From: Thraustochytrium aureum
Lineage: Eukaryota
DNA length: 63,224 nucleotides
Assembly: GCA_012862495.1 (NCBI GenBank)
Contig: BLSG01000397.1
Span: 75,066-138,289, forward strand
Direction of reading: 5' to 3'
The position numbers and the translations under genes are program-made. Under the pieces are notes generated by a model that was given only the letters and a program-made list of their open reading frames with translations, was not told where the DNA came from and ran no database searches. Shown piece by piece: positions 21,759 through 32,321 of the stretch (the first letter of the stretch is position 1; each line of letters opens with the position of its first letter).

Positions 21759-22445
21759 TTAACCCTGCTTCGAGCGCCCGCTTCCAACAGATGCTCCCTG
21801 CCCGTTGCATCGCAGTTCTTCGAGTCTCTCAACGACCGCGTCGGCGCTGGCAAAAAAGTTAAAGTTGTATTGGAACTTTGCCTTGCCACGCAGGTTGAAA
21901 GGACCTGCGAGGCAGTGCAGATGAAGGTGGTCGACGCTAGTCATTGGCGGGACGTGGAATCCAAACTGCCAGCCAGACTCTGGGCCTGGTGCGCCGGACT
22001 CGCGAAGGCCGCGCTTGCCCAGTTCGACCAAGCGCTTCACGAGTGCAATGTCCGCGTCCGTGCTGCGAAGCGAGTTGACGCTCAGGATCGGCTCGCGCGG
22101 TATCACCAAGAGGTGGAACTGAGCTGCGGGGTTGCGGTCTCGAAAGCACAGCCCATAGGCGTCTTGTGCGACTTGCGCTTCGCACGGCTCTCGGCCGTCC
22201 GCGAAACGCCGGAACAAGCATTGGTCTGGGCTCTCCCTTTCTCCTTCGCCCAGGCGCAGCTGCGCTGTTCCACAATCAGGCCCGAAGTTGCAAAAGGCTT
22301 TTCCTGTCAGCACTAGCCTCGCCAACACTTTCACTTGCACCCAGCGCTTGGAGGCGCCGGACGCAACGGTGGCTTCAGCAGAGGCGGCAAGCGCTTCGCC
22401 GCTTTGCTGGCGGCCCTCGTCGCAGTCGACCGTCCCCAGAGCCAT
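21759..22445 (-). CDS. HIT-family nucleotide hydrolase (HINT3-like)
   Basis: CLF..., FRDRNPAAQFHLLVIPREPI, GFHVPPMTSVDHLHLHCL (histidine triad). Confidence 0.88.
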   Translation of the reverse strand: MALGTVDCDEGRQQSGEALAASAEATVASGASKRWVQVKVLARLVLTGKAFCNFGPDCGTAQLRLGEGERESPDQCLFRRFADGREPCEAQVAQDAYGLCFRDRNPAAQFHLLVIPREPILSVNSLRSTDADIALVKRLVELGKRGLRESGAPGPESGWQFGFHVPPMTSVDHLHLHCLAGPFNLRGKAKFQYNFNFFASADAVVERLEELRCNGQGASVGSGRSKQG

Positions 22446-22848
22446 CTCCCGACGGCAGGGCGTTGCTTACTAGCAGGCGCTCGCGTGGCGACCGCAGCCA
22501 GCCGTCGCAACCGCAGCCGCATTGCTGCGAGGACGGAAGTCACGCTGGTGTCGACCGAGTCGATGTGGTTGCGTTGAATGGGTAGGACGCAGGGCCCTCC
22601 CTCACTCGCCCGAGGCAGGGCCTCCGTCACGCAAGGCGTTCCGAGTCTCGACTCCGAGTCCAGGGAGTTGCGCAAGGACATCACCATTCGTCGGGCTCTT
22701 TGCCATCCTCAGACTTTTGGTTGAGATCCCTGCTTCAGCGCGCGGCTTCTGGCCCGCCAAGGGATGGGGAATGGGTGTTGTCCTGCTTCAGGCTGCCGAC
22801 ATCACATTCGACGGGACTTTGTCATTCTAAAAGCTAATGCTTGTAAAC

Positions 22849-25041
22849 TCATGAAAGTCGGCGCTCGGCAGCCCGTGGGGCGAAAACCGCCTCCTTTGGC
22901 GCGTCCTCGCGCTGCTCGGCCGCGAACGCGGCTCGGCTGGGAGATCGCCGCTGAAGCTTTGACTTGCGCCGCACAGCCACGGCCTCTCTGAGCGCTTCGA
23001 AACTCGGGCGGCGGTGCGCCAAGTCCTTCCCTGGTCCTAGTCCTCCAGGCGCATTGCTCGAATCCAGCTCCTCCTCTACGCCCAACTCTGGGAGTTGCTG
23101 CGACGCGATCAGGGAATTGCGCTGTGCCCGGCGACCCCAGTTGATCAGTTTTGTCGACATGAGCATGCGCGCCATTCCCCCCCGAAAAGCCGACTGAATT
23201 CGAAGCACTGCCTTGAGGATGTCGTCCTCAAGCTTCTCGTCGGACTCTAAGAACCACGCAGAGTACTTTTGCAAGGCTGCCTTCATCACGTTTTCGCGAA
23301 ACTTGCGTTCGAGGATTCGGAAGTCCACCCAGAGCTGCTCGCGCTGCAGGTCAACAACGCGCTGGATCTGGTTGCGCAAAAGAGCCTGGCGCAACTCGTT
23401 GCGCCGCTCTAGCGATGAGATTGCGGACTGCTCAATTGCTCGCAGACCGTTAAGAAGCGCTGTACGCGGATCTAGCTCTTCGTCCCCGGCCACCTCGCCG
23501 TGATCTGGAGTTAACGGACTCGAGGACCGTCGCCTGAGGGACCTATTGAAGCTGGCCTGTTTCTCGCATGGCTCGGCGTCTTCGTCTTCGTCTTCGTCCT
23601 GCGTTTGCCTGGAAGCGCGATCGAGGCCCAAGCTCTTTTCCAAGCTTGCCTCGTCTTCGATTTCCTGGCGAGGGGCAACCTTGTTGCGCCGCAATTTAAG
23701 CACGTTCGTGAAGGACGGCCTCTGCGCTGCCGCGAGGCCGACCATGTTACGCAGCTCGCCCTTCGTGTTTGCATAAACGCTTAGCAGACCCCGGAAAACG
23801 GCATCGAGGTGCCCCCCGAGAACCGGCACGAGCCCGGCGCGCTCCTCCTCGCGGCGCCTCTGCAGCTGCCGCTGCCTCTGCCGTTTAAGCTCGGTATACT
23901 CGAACTGGAAGTGCGTGCTAAAGATAGAGATGGGGATTGCGAGGATCAGTACGCCTGTCACAAGGCAAGCGATGCCCACGAGCTTGCCGATCGCAGTTGA
24001 AGGGTTCTTGTCACCGTACCCGACGGTCGTGATCGTGAGAACAGCCCAGTAGCAGCCGTCAAAGATGCTCTGAAACTGGCTCACTGCGCCGTCGGCGTCC
24101 AAGTACACGCCTCGCTCTATGTTGAAGTCGCCTCGCTCGGCGTAGAATATGAGTGAGGCGAAAATGACAATGTCGAGGAGGCACACGAGGAACGCCATGG
24201 TCAAGGGGAACTTGGCTTTGTTGAGCGCGTTGCCGTAAAGCCGCAACCACACGAGGTACCGGCCCAGCTTGAATACGCGAGCTACCCTGGCGAGTCGCAA
24301 GACGCGCAGTACGTCAGAGTCATTTTGAGCGCCTGCCATCGCCATTCCAATGTAGGAGGGCGCCAGGGAAATGATGTCAATCATGTTCATCCAGCCGAGC
24401 ATAAACTTGGACAGATTCGTCGTCGTCGCAACTCGAAGCAAAAACTCTACCGAAAAGACGGCGAGACAGGCCAACTCGATCCCGGAGAGAATGTCCATGA
24501 GACTCTGATTTGATTGCACGGATTGGACAGTCTCCATGCAATATGATACCACTGAGACCAAAATCAGCGCCATCATAACCATGCTCAGTAGCGTTGCAAC
24601 GAACGACGAGTTCGGGTCCTCGAGCGTCACCCAGGCAATCTCCCGCAGAGTTGCTTGCTTGAACTGGAATGCCTGCTTTGGTCCTTTGCCCTCAAAATAC
24701 ACCACGTCTTTCGAGTGGGCGCCGTGGCGCGCGATGTGCATAAATACGTGGAACTCTTCGCGCTGGATCTCGCCATCGCCGTTGTGGTCGATGAGCTCCA
24801 TGTGGTCCTCAAGCTCGGTGACTGATTCTGTCAACATCGCTAGGTGGTGCCGAAAGTTGTGGATCTCCTCGATCGTGATCGAGCCACTGTCGTCCACGTC
24901 GAGTAGTTTGAACAGCATGTCATACTCCTCCACATCTCGACTGGGCAGTCCTGCGAGCGTTGTGGGCACGTCGACTGTCGCGAGTGCTCGCGAGTCGCGA
25001 ATTGCGTTGGCTGGAACAGCATTCTGTGCGCCGGCGGGCAT
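22849..25041 (-). CDS. voltage-gated K+ channel with two N-terminal EF-hands and a C-terminal IQ motif
   Basis: EF loops DVDDSGSITIEE and DHNGDGEIQREE; S4 LRVLRLARVARVFKLGRY; selectivity filter TTVGYGD; S6 ILAIPI; IQ motif RIQSAFRGGMAR. Confidence 0.92.
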   Translation of the reverse strand: MPAGAQNAVPANAIRDSRALATVDVPTTLAGLPSRDVEEYDMLFKLLDVDDSGSITIEEIHNFRHHLAMLTESVTELEDHMELIDHNGDGEIQREEFHVFMHIARHGAHSKDVVYFEGKGPKQAFQFKQATLREIAWVTLEDPNSSFVATLLSMVMMALILVSVVSYCMETVQSVQSNQSLMDILSGIELACLAVFSVEFLLRVATTTNLSKFMLGWMNMIDIISLAPSYIGMAMAGAQNDSDVLRVLRLARVARVFKLGRYLVWLRLYGNALNKAKFPLTMAFLVCLLDIVIFASLIFYAERGDFNIERGVYLDADGAVSQFQSIFDGCYWAVLTITTVGYGDKNPSTAIGKLVGIACLVTGVLILAIPISIFSTHFQFEYTELKRQRQRQLQRRREEERAGLVPVLGGHLDAVFRGLLSVYANTKGELRNMVGLAAAQRPSFTNVLKLRRNKVAPRQEIEDEASLEKSLGLDRASRQTQDEDEDEDAEPCEKQASFNRSLRRRSSSPLTPDHGEVAGDEELDPRTALLNGLRAIEQSAISSLERRNELRQALLRNQIQRVVDLQREQLWVDFRILERKFRENVMKAALQKYSAWFLESDEKLEDDILKAVLRIQSAFRGGMARMLMSTKLINWGRRAQRNSLIASQQLPELGVEEELDSSNAPGGLGPGKDLAHRRPSFEALREAVAVRRKSKLQRRSPSRAAFAAEQREDAPKEAVFAPRAAERRLS

Positions 25042-25978
25042 TCTTGCTGGCCGCCGCACCTCTGTCGCTGCCTGCGTTGCAAACGTGCCGCTGAGGGCGG
25101 GCGGGGGCGGCGCGCGCGCGCGGCAGTGCGAACTGCTCGGTTTCGGTGGCCAGCCTCGTTGTGTGACCAGGAATGCAATGTACCGCTAGGGGAAAACCGG
25201 AAACCTTTCTTGCCANNNNNNNNNNNNNNNNNNNNNNNNNNNNNNNNNNNNNNNNNNNNNNNNNNNNNNNNNNNNNNNNNNNNNNNNNNNNNNNNNNNNN
25301 NNNNNNNNNNNNNNNNNNNNNNNNNNNNNNNNNNNNNNNNNNNNNNNNNNNNNNNNNNNNNNNNNNNNNNNNNNNNNNNNNNNNNNNNNNNNNNNNNNNN
25401 NNNNNNNNNNNNNNNNNNNNNNNNNNNNNNNNNNNNNNNNNNNNNNNNNNNNNNNNNNNNNNNNNNNNNNNNNNNNNNNNNNNNNNNNNNNNNNNNNNNN
25501 NNNNNNNNNNNNNNNNNNNNNNNNNNNNNNNNNNNNNNNNNNNNNNNNNNNNNNNNNNNNNNNNNNNNNNNNNNNNNNNNNNNNNNNNNNNNNNNNNNNN
25601 NNNNNNNNNNNNNNNNNNNNNNNNNNNNNNNNNNNNNNNNNNNNNNNNNNNNNNNNNNNNNNNNNNNNNNNNNNNNNNNNNNNNNNNNNNNNNNNNNNNN
25701 NNNNNNNNNNNNNNNNNNNNNNNNNNNNNNNNNNNNNNNNNNNNNNNNNNNNNNNNNNNNNNNNNNNNNNNNNNNNNNNNNNNNNNNNNNNNNNNNNNNN
25801 NNNNNNNNNNNNNNNNNNNNNNNNNNNNNNNNNNNNNNNNNNNNNNNNNNNNNNNNNNNNNNNNNNNNNNNNNNNNNNNNNNNNNNNNNNNNNNNNNNNN
25901 NNNNNNNNNNNNNNNNNNNNNNNNNNNNNNNNNNNNNNNNNNNNNNNNNNNNNNNNNNNNNNNNNNNNNNNNNNNNNC

Positions 25979-27363
25979 TCGTTTCCCGCGCTCCTCGGCA
26001 CGCTGCAGAATGAGTGGGACAGCGCGCTGCTCGAGCAGCTCAGCCTCAGAAAGGAGCTCGCCGAGACGCGCAAAGACCTCGCCGCCGCCCTGTACGAGCG
26101 CGAGGCTGCGAGCGCAGTAATTGCCAGGCTGCTCAAGGAGAATGAGGAGCTCAAGGCTGAGCTTGAAAAAGGCGGGGCCCAGAACGGCCCTGGCGCAAGC
26201 GCAAAGGCCCCGTCGGAACCTGTTAGTGCTGCGATTGCGGAAGACGCCTCTGGCCTCGAAGAATCCGAGCTCGCGTTCCGCAGCGCGGTCGGAGCGACGC
26301 GCAGCGCCCTCGAGAAAGTTCGCGCCGAAAGGGTGAAATCTTTCCCCAAATGGACGGGCGCGGACGCTCCTGCTGTGAGGTGGGGCCCTACGCAGTCCTT
26401 GATGCCACACAAGACCAGCAAACCGGGCGTCACGTGCGTTGCCGTCGACATGTTTCGCATTGACGAGGACAGTGTATCGAGCACGCTGGCGGTGTCAGGC
26501 GGCGCCGATGGGGACATCAAAGTTGTCGATTGCGCAGAGGGTCAGGTGCTTGGGACACTCAGTAAGCACTCGTCGCGTGTGAACGACCTGTCTCTGCGCG
26601 GCGAACTGCTCACCTCCGCAGGGCAAGACAAAACCTTGATCGTTTGGTCTGGCCGCCTGCCGACCGCAGACGGCGCAGACGGCGCCGGGTCGATGGCTCC
26701 GCGCCACGTCATCAAGGCGCACAGCAAAGGCATCGCGGCATGCCCGATTCACCCGAGCGGCGCGTATGTTGCAACCGTGGGGCTGGAGAGCGCATGGGCG
26801 ACGTTTGATGTTGAAACGGCGGCAAGGGTGACTGGACTGGCCCACGACAAGGGTGACGGCCTGCGCTGCGGCAGGTTCCACCCTGACGGCGACCTCTTTT
26901 GCACGGCGGGATCGAGCGGCCAGATTCACTTTTTTCAATGAGCGTGGCCCCGGCTAGCGGCCCTGCGGTCGCGCCGCTTGATCATGGAGCACCTGTTAGC
27001 GCGTTGGCGTTCTCTGAGAACGGCTACTCGTTTGCGTCCGCAGGGGAAGATGGGGTAGTCAAGCTCTGGGACCTGCGCAAGCTCAAGGTTGCCGCTACCC
27101 TAGGGTCTGCGACTGAGAGCGCCAGCGCTTGCTCGGTCCAATTTGACCCATCAGGCAACTATTTGGCGGTTGGTGACTCTGCTGGGGGTCTTGCGGTGTG
27201 GCTCAAGCCGGTGAGCAAGAAAGGCGAGTGGCAGAAGGTTGTCTCCGTGTTTGAGCAGAAGAAGGCCGTGGTGGGGCTCGCATTTTCGCCAGGGTCCCAG
27301 GGACTCTGGTCCGCGTCGATGGACAGGTCTCTCAAGTATTTCACTTGTACGGGACCTGTATAA
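25979..27363 (+). CDS. PRP19: pre-mRNA processing factor 19-like (coiled coil + WD40); 5' end in gap; frameshift near 26935
   Basis: SFPALLGTLQNEWDSALLE..LRKELAETRKDLAAALYEREAASAVIARL matches the Prp19 coiled coil; HPSGAYV, FHPDG, LAFSENGYSFASA..VKLWDLRKLK, SASMDRSLK. Confidence 0.88.
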
Positions 27364-27522
27364 AACAATTCATTGCGCTTGCGTTTCTTTCTTTCTTTCG
27401 GTCAAATGATCGAGAAATTCACCAAAACACTGAAAGCTGTCGAGTCGCGCCAGAACCTGCGTGCAAAATACAGTGACAAGGGGGCGGTCTGCTCCAAGCC
27501 GCGCCAAGCAGAGGAGTCGCCG

Positions 27523-27938
27523 CTACTGAAGGGGAGCGCGCCAGGTGGCGAGGTTGTCTCGCAAGAGCTGCAACAGCATAGAAGTGTCGTGGGCTTGGTC
27601 CTCGGGCACTTCCGAAAGAACGTCCTCGGCGAGTTTAATCGCGCTCTCTGCAGCAGTAGCGGCCTGCAGCGCCTCCTCGTCTGAGCCCTCCCGCAAAAAG
27701 ATGCAGCGGTTTAGCGCAACCGCGAGCCGGATAGGGTGCGTCGGGGCGAGGCCGGCCTCGGCAATATACGCAGCTTCGCGGTAGGCAGCAGCGGCGAGAA
27801 GCCGCCGCTCCGCAAACTCGCGGCGCCCTGATGGCACACACTCGCTAGCGTACCTTTCGTAATCACCGACAAGCTTAAAGTGAATGCTCGAGTGTCATTG
27901 ATACTCGCCCGATCCAGCAGGTGGCCGCGCACGAGGTC
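27523..27938 (-). CDS. divergent 14-3-3-like protein, C-terminal half; 5' end in gap; frameshift near 27882
   Basis: FKLVGDYERYASE, LAPTHPIRLAVALN, LLQLLRDNLATW match 14-3-3 helices 5, 7 and 9. Confidence 0.85.
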
Positions 27939-28851
27939 NNNNNNNNNNNNNNNNNNNNNNNNNNNNNNNNNNNNNNNNNNNNNNNNNNNNNNNNNNNNNN
28001 NNNNNNNNNNNNNNNNNNNNNNNNNNNNNNNNNNNNNNNNNNNNNNNNNNNNNNNNNNNNNNNNNNNNNNNNNNNNNNNNNNNNNNNNNNNNNNNNNNNN
28101 NNNNNNNNNNNNNNNNNNNNNNNNNNNNNNNNNNNNNNNNNNNNNNNNNNNNNNNNNNNNNNNNNNNNNNNNNNNNNNNNNNNNNNNNNNNNNNNNNNNN
28201 NNNNNNNNNNNNNNNNNNNNNNNNNNNNNNNNNNNNNNNNNNNNNNNNNNNNNNNNNNNNNNNNNNNNNNNNNNNNNNNNNNNNNNNNNNNNNNNNNNNN
28301 NNNNNNNNNNNNNNNNNNNNNNNNNNNNNNNNNNNNNNNNNNNNNNNNNNNNNNNNNNNNNNNNNNNNNNNNNNNNNNNNNNNNNNNNNNNNNNNNNNNN
28401 NNNNNNNNNNNNNNNNNNNNNNNNNNNNNNNNNNNNNNNNNNNNNNNNNNNNNNNNNNNNNNNNNNNNNNNNNNNNNNNNNNNNNNNNNNNNNNNNNNNN
28501 NNNNNNNNNNNNNNNNNNNNNNNNNNNNNNNNNNNNNNNNNNNNNNNNNNNNNNNNNNNNNNNNNNNNNNNNNNNNNNNNNNNNNNNNNNNNNNNNNNNN
28601 NNNNNNNNNNNNNNNNNNNNNNNNNNNNNNNNNNNNNNNNNNNNNNNNNNNNNNNNNNNNNNNNNNNNNNNNNNNNNNNNNNNNNNNNNNNNNNNNNNNN
28701 NNNNNNNNNNNNNNNNNNNNNNNNNNNNNNNNNNNNNNNNNNNNNNNNNNNNNNNNNNNNNNNNNNNNNNNNNNNNNNNNNNNNNNNGGCGCGCTCGAGG
28801 ACCTGCAGAGCCCCAGAACGGCGAGCGCCCGCCGCGAGGACGCTGGCAAGC

Positions 28852-30594
28852 ATGTGGCGCGGATGGCAGCCGAGGTGCGCCGTGGCGGCCGCAGCTGCTG
28901 CCGCTCTGGTGCTCGGCGGCGGCGCGGTCGCGCGGCGAGCGCCGAACGTGCTGGTCTTCTTCGTGGATGACCTCGGGTACGGCGACCTGGGCTGCTTTGG
29001 GAGTGAGGCGGTGGTGACGCCCGAGCTGGACGCGCTGGCCAGTCAGGGCGTGCTGTTCACGCAGTGGCTCTCTGCCTCGTCGATCTGCACGCCGAGCCGC
29101 GGAGCGCTGATGACTGGGAGGCTGCCGGTGCGCATCGGCCTCGCCTCCAGCGACTACAAGACGCGGGTTTTCCATCCGACGTCGCCCGGCGGCCTTCCGC
29201 ACAGTGAGCTCACCCTGGCAGAGGCGCTCAAGGAGCGCGGGTACGCGACTCGCCTCACCGGCAAATGGCATCTTGGGATCGGGAAGGACGGCGCTTTCCT
29301 GCCTCGGCGACACGGCTTTGACGGGTTTTACGGCATGCCCATCACCAACGTCCAGACCTGCCAAGAAGGCAAGACTATTTACAAGCAGAGCTCGGTCGCG
29401 GCGTTCGTTCTGGCCAACACGCGCGCTGTGTGGGCGTCGATTGCAGCCGGCGTCGTCGCGTTTCGTTTGCTGGGGGTCCTTGGGAACCGTGGCGTCCTCG
29501 TCGCGAGCGGCCTCGGCTTGGCGGCCTTTGCTTTTGCGGTCCATTTCGCAGCCACCTACACGCTTCTGAACCGCGCCAACTGCCTGCTTTTCCGTGACGA
29601 GGAGGTTGTTCAGCAGCCCGTCGAATTGCGAAACCTGACGCAGCGGCTCGTGGCCGACGCCATCGGCTTTGTGGAGCGCTCCGAGGCGGCCGAAATGCCG
29701 TGGTTCCTACTGCTTGCGTTTGTCAAGGTTCACACCGCGCTCTTCAACAACCCTGAGTTCGGGGCGGTCACTTATGCCAACAACGTCCGCGAGATGGACT
29801 GGGCAGTCGGCCAAGTCCTGCGCTCTGTAGAGGCAGTCGGTGCCGCCCCTGACACCCTCGTTGTATTCACGAGTGACAACGGGCCGTTTAAGGAGCGGGG
29901 CGACGAAGGGGGTTCTTCTGGTCCGCTTCGTGGCGCCAAGGGACAAGTCTTTGAGGGCGGCATCCGCGTCCCGGGGATTGTGCGCTTTCCTGGTCGCGTT
30001 CCGGCGGGAGTTGTCACAAACGAGCCAGTGTCGACGATGGACATCTTTCCAACCGTGTTGACATTCGCGGACGCTGCCCTTGGCGCGGATCCCGGTGGGT
30101 CGCGTTCTGTTCCGTTTGGTCCGCTGGATGGCAAAGACCTCTCCGGCTTCTTTGCTGCGCTGCAGAAGGGAGGCGAAACCGCGCGATCGCCACATAGGGC
30201 GATGTTCCATTACTGCGGCAGCGAGCTCGCCGCGGTTCGCCTCGACGGCCGCTACAAAGCCTTCTTTGCGACGCCAGTCTGGGAAGAGGGTCTGGACAAC
30301 TGCCCCAGTAGCTCGATCTGCGGCTGCCGCGGCTCGGCGGTGCGCCAGCACAACCCGCCGTTGCTCTTTGACCTCGACGCGGACCTGTCCGAGCAGAGTC
30401 CACTCAACGCCTCGACTCCGCTCGCAGAGGCTCTCGTGGCGCGCGTGGAGGCCGTGCGAACTGAGCATGAAGCCAGTTTGGCAGAGGGCGGCATCCAGTC
30501 TTCGCAGCTCGAGTTTATGTTGGATCCGCGTTTGCTCGTTTGCTGCGACCCTCCGCGGTGCTCATGCGACCGCGACGGCCCTGCTTTCGATTGA
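28852..30594 (+). CDS. arylsulfatase, steryl-sulfatase-like (signal peptide plus internal TM hairpin)
   Basis: PNVLVFFVDDLGYGD, CTPSRGALMTGR (formylglycine motif), GKWHLG, two hydrophobic helices, KVHTAL, FTSDNG, EGGIRVP, C-terminal CCDPPRCSC. Confidence 0.92.
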   Translation: MWRGWQPRCAVAAAAAAALVLGGGAVARRAPNVLVFFVDDLGYGDLGCFGSEAVVTPELDALASQGVLFTQWLSASSICTPSRGALMTGRLPVRIGLASSDYKTRVFHPTSPGGLPHSELTLAEALKERGYATRLTGKWHLGIGKDGAFLPRRHGFDGFYGMPITNVQTCQEGKTIYKQSSVAAFVLANTRAVWASIAAGVVAFRLLGVLGNRGVLVASGLGLAAFAFAVHFAATYTLLNRANCLLFRDEEVVQQPVELRNLTQRLVADAIGFVERSEAAEMPWFLLLAFVKVHTALFNNPEFGAVTYANNVREMDWAVGQVLRSVEAVGAAPDTLVVFTSDNGPFKERGDEGGSSGPLRGAKGQVFEGGIRVPGIVRFPGRVPAGVVTNEPVSTMDIFPTVLTFADAALGADPGGSRSVPFGPLDGKDLSGFFAALQKGGETARSPHRAMFHYCGSELAAVRLDGRYKAFFATPVWEEGLDNCPSSSICGCRGSAVRQHNPPLLFDLDADLSEQSPLNASTPLAEALVARVEAVRTEHEASLAEGGIQSSQLEFMLDPRLLVCCDPPRCSCDRDGPAFD

Positions 30595-30608
30595 AGGAAA
30601 CACACGGT

Positions 30609-30767
30609 AGTAGAGTAGAGTAGAGTAGAGTACCCCACAGCGCAACCTTCCATCCAGGAGCGCCCACGAAGAACGATGGCGGCACTCGTCCTCGCGCTTG
30701 CCGCCGCTTGGCGAAGCAGGGATGGATGGAAGAAAGGAAGGAAGAAAGGATGGAAGGAAGGAAGGAA
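30609..30767. repeat. (AGAGT)n and (GAAG/GATG)n microsatellites
   Basis: agtagagtagagtagagtagagt and gatggatggaagaaaggaaggaagaaaggatggaaggaaggaagg. Confidence 0.8.
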
Positions 30768-31208
30768 CGCACGTGCTCAAGTACAGTGTCTGCGCGCGCC
30801 ACATCCGCGCCTCCGTCGAGCTCGTCTACACATGCACAGCATGCACGCACGCTGGGCTCTCTGGCGCTGGAGAGCTCGCTTCGCGGTCGCGGTGGAAGGT
30901 TGATTTCTCAATGCCAAGACCGGTCTATGAAAAACGCGGTGTTTCTTCCCAGTGTTTATTTCTATAAACGAAATGGAGGAATAACCTCATAAATTGCGCT
31001 TCGAGCGAGTTAAAAGCCCGCAAGAGAACCAGAACGAGAACCAGCCCACGACTGACTCGGAGGAGAGAGCAGGGCAGATCCCTAACGCGCGCCGCGAGAC
31101 AGCAAGGATACGCGATCCCGTGGCCCTGCCTTGCCCGTGCGAGCGCTGGTGCGCGGCAGAGGCGTGCTGTTTGCCCCGCGTCCGTCGCGAGCTGGCCAGA
31201 AAAGGGAT

Positions 31209-32144
31209 ATGGGCGAGCAACGCGAGGGAGCTCCACGCGGAAGGATGCCGTCGATCGAAGCGCACGAGGTTCACGGAACCGCCTCGGAGTCGGTCGAGGC
31301 AAGTTGTAGCGAAACAACGTATTCAAGCCAAGGGACGGTCGCAACGCCTCCTGGCAGCGGCGCGTTTGGCAACGACTGCGCGTCTTTGGACGCCGGCATG
31401 CGGCTGTCTCCCTTGCGCGAGCTCGGATCTCCGATTTGGCCATGCTCTGCCGGGTGGGACGCTACCTCTGGCGACGAAAGTGTGGGCCAAGCATTCAGCC
31501 TTCCTACCAATCTGGTCTGCGGATCTGGCGCCTCGCAGGCAAGCGAGCCGTTCGACTGCTCAGACTCCTTCTCCCATTTGGCGACGCAGTTTGCGGGCTC
31601 TAGCGGCTGGCTCGAGTGCGATGCGCCTGCCGAGCCCTTCGTTGAACAAGCGCAGGTGGACTTTGCTGCCTATGCAAGCGAGGAAGTTCACGTTGCTCAT
31701 ATTCTCGTTGCATTGGCCCAGGAGCCTGGTCCAGCAAGAACGCCAGCTCCGGAAGAACGCCCAACACAACGGGGGACTGAAGGGCAATGCGCGGCAGTAC
31801 GAGCTCGGGGCCTTGCACTGCAACAGGGGCCCCGAGCGCGCTCGACGACCTCGATTAGCGAACCACGTAGCGAGTTTGCTGTCCTAGTTGGAAGCCCGTC
31901 CCAGCCGACCCTCCCGCTTCGCACGGCTCCGGTGGACGGCCCGAGCTCAAGGCAACTCGGAGCCACTCACCTGCCTCAAGCCGCGCGGCAGAGGGAGAGC
32001 TTGGTGGCGGCAAGGACTCAAATCGCAACGCGGAACGGCGCTCCTCGAGCAAAGCGCCAGCGCAGGTGCGGTGCTGCAGCAAACCAAGAGAACCGCCCCA
32101 GCCTCGGCAACAAGCGGCGCAAACCCTCGGGAACGCGTCATTGA
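31209..32144 (+). CDS. hypothetical low-complexity protein
   Basis: 311-codon ORF; short helix EEVHVAHILVALAQ and basic C-terminus (KRQRR, KRRKP); no family recognised. Confidence 0.38.
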   Translation: MGEQREGAPRGRMPSIEAHEVHGTASESVEASCSETTYSSQGTVATPPGSGAFGNDCASLDAGMRLSPLRELGSPIWPCSAGWDATSGDESVGQAFSLPTNLVCGSGASQASEPFDCSDSFSHLATQFAGSSGWLECDAPAEPFVEQAQVDFAAYASEEVHVAHILVALAQEPGPARTPAPEERPTQRGTEGQCAAVRARGLALQQGPRARSTTSISEPRSEFAVLVGSPSQPTLPLRTAPVDGPSSRQLGATHLPQAARQRESLVAARTQIATRNGAPRAKRQRRCGAAANQENRPSLGNKRRKPSGTRH

Positions 32145-32321
32145 CCTGGGCTGCCAAGCAAGCCCGAGGGCGTGTTCGCATGACAACGCGCGAAAGCGCG
32201 ACAACGAGAGGTCACGCGAGGTAAAACGCAAAACGAAAGAGCTGTTCTTGGATGATACTGCCGCAACGCCAAAGTCCTCTCTCTACCTTTAGCCCAGATC
32301 GCTCTACTACTCAAGCTAGAG

